57,778 nucleotides of DNA from positions 1-57,778 of IMG/VR virus record IMGVR_UViG_3300020125_000357; one strand, written 5' to 3'. The translations under genes were made by a program, and so were the position numbers. Positions 50,789 through 57,778 of this stretch are shown here, in pieces. The notes beneath the pieces were generated by a model. The model had not been told where the DNA came from and ran no database searches. It saw only the letters and a list, made by a program, of their open reading frames with translations. The first letter of the stretch is position 1. The number at the start of each line of letters is the position of its first letter. The stretch is from a virus. Lineage: Duplodnaviria; Caudoviricetes.

Positions 50789-51213
50789 AATTTAAATATA
50801 GTAGAGAAGAATTATATAAATTTTTAGGATGGAGTTTATTTATATGGTATGCATGTTTAAGATGGACAATACAGACTAATACATTAGGTTCATTCGTTAC
50901 AGATGAACAAGGTATTACTAGTTTTGTATTGGCCTGGATATTTGCGCCAATAAATTTAGCTACTGCTTTTCTATCGATTTATTTTATTAATAAAGTTCTT
51001 ACTAATTTCAATAAAGCATTTTCTATTCAAATGTTTGGGGTAGCATTATTTTTAAGTTTAAGAAATTGTTATTATACACTTGAAGATTATAGTTATTATA
51101 TAATTGATCCCAGCATGAAACAATTATTTTTTATTGGTATTGATATTGCAATGATAATTTATGTAATGATTTGGGCAATAATTTACTGGAGTAGAAATAA
51201 ATGTCAGAAATAA
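50752..51213 (+). CDS. Multi-TM membrane protein (lysis region)
   Basis: About four hydrophobic helices. Confidence 0.55.
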   Translation: MARSEFRLVYVLKFKYSREELYKFLGWSLFIWYACLRWTIQTNTLGSFVTDEQGITSFVLAWIFAPINLATAFLSIYFINKVLTNFNKAFSIQMFGVALFLSLRNCYYTLEDYSYYIIDPSMKQLFFIGIDIAMIIYVMIWAIIYWSRNKCQK

Positions 51214-51515
51214 ATCAATTTGATCAATTTTTTATTAATCATTTTAATATTATGGCTACTGTAGTTTTATTAATTGTAGGATATGTGAAATTAGTTTTAT
51301 CAAGTAAATCAAATGGGACTAAATTAGATAAAGTACTTGATGAAAATAAAAATATGTCTAATTTACAACATACCATGCAATTAGATATTAGTAAACAAAG
51401 TATAGAGATGTCTAATTTAAAAAGAGAAGTAACTGAAATTAAAAATGATATGCGAGAGCTAAATTCAATAAATGTAAGGTTAGCTGCTGTTGAAAATCAA
51501 TTAAAGGCTAGTTAA
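51201..51515 (+). CDS. TM plus coiled-coil protein (holin/antiholin or i-spanin-like)
   Basis: N-terminal TM, coiled coil; upstream of endolysin. Confidence 0.5.
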   Translation: MSEINQFDQFFINHFNIMATVVLLIVGYVKLVLSSKSNGTKLDKVLDENKNMSNLQHTMQLDISKQSIEMSNLKREVTEIKNDMRELNSINVRLAAVENQLKAS

Positions 51516-51724
51516 TGAATAAAATAATTGAATGGTTTACATATCATTGGCAGACAAGAATATTCAAATTATCTACTGTTTGTGGATTGATTATATTATA
51601 TTTAGAAATTTTCCATCATAGTGAATTAAATTCATTAATTGATAAAATAATTGATAATCCTAATTTTATTACTGCTTTAGTTGGTGCAATAACTGCTTAT
51701 TTGGTTGGAACTAAGAAATTTTGA
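51515..51724 (+). CDS. Putative holin (two TM)
   Basis: Small two-TM protein with basic C-terminus in lysis cassette. Confidence 0.5.
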   Translation: MNKIIEWFTYHWQTRIFKLSTVCGLIILYLEIFHHSELNSLIDKIIDNPNFITALVGAITAYLVGTKKF

Positions 51725-51900
51725 AAAATAAAATATTTATATTAATTTCATTATTTTTAATTTCATGTGGAACTTTGAATTATCCTACTCAAATTAATTC
51801 AGCAATACCAATAATTGCTACAGGGTTATTACAATTCATGAAATATTATCCTTCTGCTGCTTCTTATACAAATTTAATTAATGGATCTTATCAATGGTAA
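51721..51900 (+). CDS. 59-aa lipoprotein (spanin candidate)
   Basis: TTG start overlapping upstream stop; MKNKIFILISLFLISC lipobox; not in the ORF track. Confidence 0.55.
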   Translation: MKNKIFILISLFLISCGTLNYPTQINSAIPIIATGLLQFMKYYPSAASYTNLINGSYQW

Positions 51901-52304
51901 ACTCTCGTGAAATTGCGCAACTTCATCCTCAAGTACAAGAATTATGTAATCAATTCATAGCAAAATGTAAAGAGCAGGGCATTAAAGTTATTATAACTTC
52001 AACTTATCGTGATAATGAAGCACAAACAAAATTATATAATCAAGGTCGTACAACTCCCGGTAAAGTTGTTACAGATGCCAAAGCGGGTCAATCTATGCAT
52101 AACTATAGATTGGCTTTTGACTTTTGCCCCATGATTGAGGGTCAATGCGCATGGACGGATACATTATTGTTTATCAAATGCGCTAATATTGGGAGATCTT
52201 TAGGTTTAGAATCTGGCATGGATTTTTCTAAACCTGATAAACCTCATTTACAATATACCAAAGGTTTAACTTGGCAAGAATTACAAGCTGGTAAAACTAT
52301 TTAA
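51894..52304 (+). CDS. Endolysin, peptidase M15 (L-Ala-D-Glu peptidase type)
   Basis: TYR...Q..LY.QGRT, SMHNYRLAFD, DKPHLQ motifs. Confidence 0.9.
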   Translation: MVNSREIAQLHPQVQELCNQFIAKCKEQGIKVIITSTYRDNEAQTKLYNQGRTTPGKVVTDAKAGQSMHNYRLAFDFCPMIEGQCAWTDTLLFIKCANIGRSLGLESGMDFSKPDKPHLQYTKGLTWQELQAGKTI

Positions 52305-52649
52305 TTACCAATCACTTGACGTTCCCCCTCCACCAAAATCACCACCACCACCAATATCTGAAGATGACGTATCTACAGAACTATAATCAGAACTAATATC
52401 ATTTGCCATATTAGGAGAATCATCAGATGAAAAAACATTGATGGCATAATTTATATTATTTATTTCACCCGCAATATTATCTTGATCATCTTCTGATCGA
52501 ATTGGTTCATTATTCATACAAACATGATTAGGTATTTTATCACTATATCTTGTTACCAATAATTCTCTTTGGAAACATTGTTTACATTCTGGACATTGTA
52601 TTTTTGACATATTATTTCCCTTTTTTAAATTCTTGGTTTTAATTCCCAT
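52305..52649 (-). CDS. Hypothetical protein with GGGGDFGGGG..W tail
   Basis: CPEC motif; Ser/Gly-rich C-terminus. Confidence 0.6.
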   Translation of the reverse strand: MGIKTKNLKKGNNMSKIQCPECKQCFQRELLVTRYSDKIPNHVCMNNEPIRSEDDQDNIAGEINNINYAINVFSSDDSPNMANDISSDYSSVDTSSSDIGGGGDFGGGGTSSDW

Positions 52650-53029
52650 TCTATTCGTGGATTAAGTTTATCACGTCCAGAAGTATCTAGTATAGTTAAC
52701 GTTATTTGTTTATCATTCATACCAAATCTTGCTTGTAAGAGATCAAAAACTCCATCTCGCACGTTCTTGATTGCAGAAAGTAGGTTGTCGTCATCTAAGT
52801 GTTTATTGTTTCTATGAAATACTTTAATATGTAATTGCCAATTACCTTTTATATTAAAAGGTGTATAAGTAGTTTTATATATTGAAAAATGTTTAGTTTC
52901 ATATTCTAAAGCTAATTTAAATCCATCTATACGAGCCTTCTTGCGCATAGCAGCATGTTTACCATAATGCCATCCTTTAGATTTATTAGTGGCTAATTCA
53001 GAATCGGGTATTGGTAAAGTTAGAATCAT
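52625..53029 (-). CDS. rusA: RusA-like Holliday junction resolvase
   Basis: DDDNLLSAIKNVRDG...NDKQI...PRIE motif. Confidence 0.75.
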   Translation of the reverse strand: MILTLPIPDSELATNKSKGWHYGKHAAMRKKARIDGFKLALEYETKHFSIYKTTYTPFNIKGNWQLHIKVFHRNNKHLDDDNLLSAIKNVRDGVFDLLQARFGMNDKQITLTILDTSGRDKLNPRIEWELKPRI

Positions 53030-53283
53030 TTTCCAAGTTCCTCAAAAATAAATCCAAGTCCTTGACCTTTGGCGGTAACTATCCATAAATCTTGATTGCA
53101 TCTTTCATCAAATCCATAAAATCTGATAGTAAAATCCTCAATATTATAAGATAATCTATTTTCTTGAGACCATTCTACAAGATAATAAAATAATTCTTTG
53201 ATAGAGTCAAATTCTCTAGTCGTATCTAAACTGTGTCTTAGAGAACCACGATGCTTCCTATATTTAATCATATCGAATACCAT
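53026..53283 (-). CDS. Hypothetical protein
   Basis: YRKHRGSLRHSL...YGFDER ORF. Confidence 0.6.
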   Translation of the reverse strand: MVFDMIKYRKHRGSLRHSLDTTREFDSIKELFYYLVEWSQENRLSYNIEDFTIRFYGFDERCNQDLWIVTAKGQGLGFIFEELGK

Positions 53284-53714
53284 CCTTCTTTAGTTGGTAT
53301 GAATGAATAAGAATTGTGTTTACCTTCAATTGTAATAATATTTTTTTTATTATTATCAATAATTGAACCTGTTACATTGCCACAAGAAACTTCATTAATT
53401 AATATTACGTCAAAATACTTGCCTAAAATAATAGATTTATTTTTTGGTAATGTTAAAGTTATATTATTAGTGGCTACGAATACTGTAGTTTGAAATGGTA
53501 ATATTTGTCCATCTTCATAGAATGTAGCAGAAATTAGATATTTAAAACTATCTTTATTTTTTAATTTAGATAAATTTTTATCTATTATATAATAAAGTTT
53601 ACCATTGTATGTAATTTTAATATATCTTTTATTTTTATATTCAATTAATGAATTCCAAACTATCATTTCTCCATAATATGTTTGATATTCATAATTACCC
53701 ATTATATGCAGCAT
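53268..53714 (-). CDS. Hypothetical protein with fibre-tip-like C-terminal domain
   Basis: ITLTLP...G...GWYSI resembles C-termini of 47047 and 48305. Confidence 0.5.
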   Translation of the reverse strand: MLHIMGNYEYQTYYGEMIVWNSLIEYKNKRYIKITYNGKLYYIIDKNLSKLKNKDSFKYLISATFYEDGQILPFQTTVFVATNNITLTLPKNKSIILGKYFDVILINEVSCGNVTGSIIDNNKKNIITIEGKHNSYSFIPTKEGWYSI

Positions 53715-53724
53715 TTTCAGACCT

Positions 53725-54123
53725 TTAAAATGGTATATCGTCAGAAGTTAAAGAACCATTATCTATAGAATTATCAACTTCTGGTAAATTATAAACTGGA
53801 TCGGTATTAGCATCATTTTCATCTCTTTTACTCAATAGCTCAATATTCCTACTATAAATCTGAAAACTAGCCATAGGTTGATGATCTTTACTTAAATATG
53901 GTCTTACGCTAGGAAATCCTGAAACCAATACCTTTGAACCTTTCTTAACGCAATTAAGAACAATCTCAATTTGTTTGGGATTGCTAACTGATACATCACA
54001 CCAATCTGTTTTATCTTTACTTACATATACACCTACAGAGAATGTCATAAATTGTTTACCATCTTTACTCGTCCTAAGCTGTGGTGTATGTCCTACGAAG
54101 CCTGTTATTGTTACGTCTTTTAT
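53725..54123 (-). CDS. ssb: Single-stranded DNA-binding protein (start extended to ATA 54123)
   Basis: VTITGFVGHTPQLR, TDW, VKKGSKVLVSG, C-terminal DDIPF. Confidence 0.88.
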   Translation of the reverse strand: MKDVTITGFVGHTPQLRTSKDGKQFMTFSVGVYVSKDKTDWCDVSVSNPKQIEIVLNCVKKGSKVLVSGFPSVRPYLSKDHQPMASFQIYSRNIELLSKRDENDANTDPVYNLPEVDNSIDNGSLTSDDIPF

Positions 54124-54431
54124 GATAATTCTCCTTCTTTTAAAAATTGAGTATTTTTAACTCTTTCGATCATCCATTTATGTCCAGCTTCAGCTTCTTC
54201 CCAAGTAGTATAACGATCCATTTCTTGATCTAATTCGCCACCAAATACCATTGTTTCAAATAAAATAGGAATTTCACCACCAAAGCTATGATCTATTCCC
54301 AGAAATACCGTTGAAATACTAATATCATTAATATCTGTTTTAGCCACAATTCTATCTGATTGACGAAAGAATCCAAATGGTAATCTATCTACAGCAACAG
54401 GTTTTTTATCAACTAATATATAATAGTTCAT
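54120..54431 (-). CDS. Conserved phage hypothetical protein
   Basis: ISTVFLGIDHSFG...FETMVFGG...RYTTWEEAEAGH motif seen in many phages. Confidence 0.7.
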   Translation of the reverse strand: MNYYILVDKKPVAVDRLPFGFFRQSDRIVAKTDINDISISTVFLGIDHSFGGEIPILFETMVFGGELDQEMDRYTTWEEAEAGHKWMIERVKNTQFLKEGELS

Positions 54432-55134
54432 TAGATAATCCTTTAATAATAATATTATTTTTGTGTGCTGTTTCAATAATTAATGGTTTTAGTTTATCTA
54501 ATATTTCCCAGTAATAAGTATAGAAGTCTTCAACTTCCTTATCCATTCCAGCATAGCGTTCAAATGTAACTGTTTCAAATTTATTAATTTGTATATGATT
54601 CATTGCTGGCTCTACAGTAGGAGGCAATATTTTACCCTGAAATAGATTATATTTAAAAGTATTTAAATCTGTCATCCAAAGATATATTTTTCCTTGCCAA
54701 GAATTCATGTATTTTTCAAGTCTAATCTGTTTGGTAAATTTATGATCCCAAATAGTTGTAGCATTAATAGCATCCACAACGCCATTGATATTCATATTAC
54801 TAAATTGTGTAGATATTTTTATTTCTCGTAATTTTGGCAGTTTTATTTCTATATCTGAAGATATTTGATAATCAAATTTGTACATTTCTCCATCAATACC
54901 AATCATATTAAGAAATTCTTCATCATATTGACTCAATTCCAATATTTTATGTAATGCTGTACCAGCTTTCATTTCTGGAGTTTTTTCAAATTTTTTCAAT
55001 AACTCATCTACAAATAATTGATCAGTAAATTCAATCAGCTCCCCATCTTCATCTTTACGTCCCCAATATTCATTAGTTAGATACATGGCAAACGTATCCA
55101 TTCTTGATGGTTGCATAAATCTATTTCGCCACAT
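54409..55134 (-). CDS. PD-(D/E)xK exonuclease
   Basis: GTALHKILE, GVVD...WDHK, Q..IY motifs; next to Sak4. Confidence 0.75.
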   Translation of the reverse strand: MWRNRFMQPSRMDTFAMYLTNEYWGRKDEDGELIEFTDQLFVDELLKKFEKTPEMKAGTALHKILELSQYDEEFLNMIGIDGEMYKFDYQISSDIEIKLPKLREIKISTQFSNMNINGVVDAINATTIWDHKFTKQIRLEKYMNSWQGKIYLWMTDLNTFKYNLFQGKILPPTVEPAMNHIQINKFETVTFERYAGMDKEVEDFYTYYWEILDKLKPLIIETAHKNNIIIKGLSNELLYIS

Positions 55135-55708
55135 TTATTTTTTCCCAAGTATAACCTTTAGCTTTTTTATTACGAGTTTTTTCATTTAAACATTTAGAGA
55201 TAAGATGTATAGAACACTCTATATCTTTAGCTGCCATTGTTAAGGTATCATATATTATACCAGTTTCTATACATTTAACAGATTTTGCTATAGGATTATT
55301 TTTTCCATATCGAATTTTTTGTAAACCAGTCTTGAATGCATGTTGTTGGTTTTCTGAAGATGTACACCATTCTAAATTCTCTACTCTATTATCTATTTTA
55401 TTTCCATTGATATGATTTATTTCTGTTTTATTAGTAGGTTTTTTCATATATGTATACGCCACCAATCTATGAACAAAATATGTTTTGATTTTTCCATTTA
55501 TGGATAGATGAAGTCTATAATATTTATTATGTGAAATAGAGGGCTTTAACCATTTACCATTATGATTAACACCTATAACATTTTTTAATGGATAACTCCA
55601 AATCCTACCATGATTTGTAATAGCATATTTTCCTTCATATCCAGGTATATCTTTTATTATTTCATTAAATGTTAATTCCGGCAATTCATTATTTCGCCAA
55701 TCAGACAT
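55121..55708 (-). CDS. NUMOD4-HNH-NUMOD1 homing endonuclease
   Basis: IPGYEGKYAITNHGRI, VHRLVA, INHINGNKIDNRVENLEW. Confidence 0.9.
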   Translation of the reverse strand: MSDWRNNELPELTFNEIIKDIPGYEGKYAITNHGRIWSYPLKNVIGVNHNGKWLKPSISHNKYYRLHLSINGKIKTYFVHRLVAYTYMKKPTNKTEINHINGNKIDNRVENLEWCTSSENQQHAFKTGLQKIRYGKNNPIAKSVKCIETGIIYDTLTMAAKDIECSIHLISKCLNEKTRNKKAKGYTWEKINVAK

Positions 55709-56627
55709 TTGTAGTTTCCTCAGGTGCTTTTTCAATTAATATAAAACATTTGTTTTCAATATTAAATTCAAATCCATTGGCTTTAGCTTCATCAATCAAT
55801 TTAGTTTTTAATATTTTATGTCCTGTTTTACCAGCAATTAATTTATGTGTAAGAAGTTTATTAAAATCTTCTGCAGTTTCAGCTAAACAAATGAGATTTA
55901 AAACTTCATCAAATTCAATCTCATCTTGAACCATCTCCTCACTTTTAGCATTCATTTTATCTTTAGTAAATGCAATTAAATCAGCTAAAAAGGTCTTATG
56001 ATCTTCTTTGACTTCTTGTGATGGAATATTGCCACGATTTTTGCCTATTTTAAAATCAGTGGGATTAAAATCAATTATACGCCTATCTCCATCTGTGCAC
56101 ATATAACCAATCATATCTACATCAGCGCGAATATCGTCTTTGGCACTTCCTTCCATCTTAAATCGTTTAATAATATTATCACCATTTTTTTCTTCTACTA
56201 CATGAGCCAACATAATAATATCTTTGCCAGATTTTAGCAACATATTTTTCCAAGAGGTAATTTGTTGTTTTAGTTCTCCCCATCCTTTTTGATTTGGTGT
56301 TCCATTTTTACCATAAGTTGGATATTTATTTAACACATAAGGTTTTAGAGTATCTGACATTTTACCAATTGTATCTACAATAATAGTATCGTATGGAGCT
56401 AATATATCTAGTGTAAGATCTTCTACATCTTGCCATTTTTTAATTTGTATAATATCATTACCATTTCTCATTGCAATATGTTTTACACCACCATCAAAAT
56501 CCAAAATAAGAGCTTTATTTGAAGTAAAGGCTAATGTTGTTTTACCAACTCCAGATTCACCATAGATTAGCATACTAATATTGGTAACTGGTATAGCCTC
56601 ATCGCTTTTTACTATTTTAATTGCCAT
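55701..56627 (-). CDS. Sak4-like AAA ATPase recombinase
   Basis: LIYGESGVGKTT, LDFDGG, IIVDT, LAH; with exonuclease and SSB. Confidence 0.82.
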   Translation of the reverse strand: MAIKIVKSDEAIPVTNISMLIYGESGVGKTTLAFTSNKALILDFDGGVKHIAMRNGNDIIQIKKWQDVEDLTLDILAPYDTIIVDTIGKMSDTLKPYVLNKYPTYGKNGTPNQKGWGELKQQITSWKNMLLKSGKDIIMLAHVVEEKNGDNIIKRFKMEGSAKDDIRADVDMIGYMCTDGDRRIIDFNPTDFKIGKNRGNIPSQEVKEDHKTFLADLIAFTKDKMNAKSEEMVQDEIEFDEVLNLICLAETAEDFNKLLTHKLIAGKTGHKILKTKLIDEAKANGFEFNIENKCFILIEKAPEETTNV

Positions 56628-56802
56628 TATAATTTCCCTCTCAACCATAAACCTAATTTAGCCCAAAAGCCAAGCTCCTGATCTCTATACCATTGGAAAT
56701 CTGGACTATTTTTTTTAAGTATAGCCATACCAATAGCATTGCCCCAATTTGTAGCATTTCTTACATCTTCGTACTGTGTCATTTTATATCTCCTTTGATA
56801 TA

Positions 56803-57590
56803 TTAATTAATAATTTCTATTTCATAAAAGGGTTTTTTAAATTTACGATCAGGGGATGAAGTTTTTGAATATTTATTCGGCTCTTTAATGTAAAAAATTT
56901 CTCTTACATCCCTGTAGCAATTTTGTCCAAAATAATATCGAACTTCGCCATCTCCATAGGCACCAATTAATTCTTCCGCTCTTTTAATAAATTGGCTAAG
57001 TTTCATCTTCAAGCTTCCCTAAAATAGTTTCTTCATAATGCTTTTGGCAAGCTTCTTGGGCTTGACTTACATAATCAAATAAACCTAAATAATTTGTTTC
57101 TCCATCATAGCGAGAATAAGCACTTACATAACCATCAATGTCATCCCAATAATATTTTCCACATAAAGAAGTACTGTTAGAAGACGTCCATTCCAATTTT
57201 TTTACTCTTGGCTTAAGGTCTTTGATCATTTGGATCGCTGTTTCTACAGCGATAATTGCATCATCACCACCTGTTAAATTGTCTTCGATATAATCAATAA
57301 TTTCTTGTTTAGTTATCATTTTGCATAATCCTGTTAATACAGCGACATAATCTACGCTCAAATGAATTATGATCAATAAGTTTATTATTGACATCAGGAC
57401 AAAAATGTGTACTACGTTCTATTAAATATTCCACTAGGGCATCTTTATTGTATTCATCAAAACCATCTAGATAACCCTTCCATTTATTTGTCATTATTTT
57501 GTAAAAGCGTCCTTTAGCTTGTTGAGTCGCAAATTGTTTTTGAGCCGCACTATACATATAAATTCTCCAAAAACTGCATATTTTACTCAA
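56803..57590 (-). other. Short hypothetical ORFs (56803-57012, 56996-57394, 57309-57590)
   Basis: Co-oriented coupled ORFs; paralogous to early + strand ORFs. Confidence 0.6.
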
Positions 57591-57651
57591 AATGATTATT
57601 TATAAAGTGGAGACCTGCAATGATAACAGGTAAAATTAACCCTATTTTTTC

Positions 57652-57778
57652 ATCATTTCCGACATATGCAAGATCGCATTTTTAATCATTATTCTAAGAT
57701 CCAATACATTACTGTACCATAAACAGTACCGATGCGTGAATTTATTTTAATATTTTTATTGTGCATTGCAGAAAAAGA
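57652..57778. repeat. Terminal direct repeat (copy 2)
   Basis: Identical to 1-127. Confidence 0.95.

Noticed and set aside
55121-55708. Group I intron around the HNH gene
   Set aside because: Flanking genes appear complete and overlap the HNH ORF directly, leaving no room for an intron core
57652-57778. Biological terminal repeat
   Set aside because: Length equals a standard assembler k-mer (127); best read as a circularisation overlap

Overview
This window appears to be a complete, circularly assembled genome (~57.65 kb) of an AT-rich tailed dsDNA phage. Bases 1-127 recur at 57652-57778. The phage has a Mu-like contractile tail and baseplate. I found no recognisable transposase, integrase, repressor, DNA polymerase or CRISPR array. 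Layout: (i) replication initiator and many small ORFs (0.3-5.8 kb, +); (ii) a structured-RNA/tRNA cluster (5.75-6.36 kb); (iii) a leftward early block (6.8-11.4 kb); (iv) a rightward accessory block with tRNAs, many SH3/KOW-like ORFs and a D5-like helicase (11.7-22.4 kb); (v) packaging, head, tail, fibre and lysis genes (22.5-52.3 kb), with a class 3 intein in TerL; (vi) a leftward Sak4/exonuclease/SSB/RusA recombination block (52.3-57.6 kb). The most unusual signal is at the RNA level. Three tRNA-derived RNAs keep the acceptor and T-arm framework but carry expanded or replaced D and anticodon regions. There are also two terminators whose loops can pair with an upstream hairpin loop, and hairpins that display anti-RBS sequences. 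All calls come from reading motifs by eye; no searches or folding programs were run.
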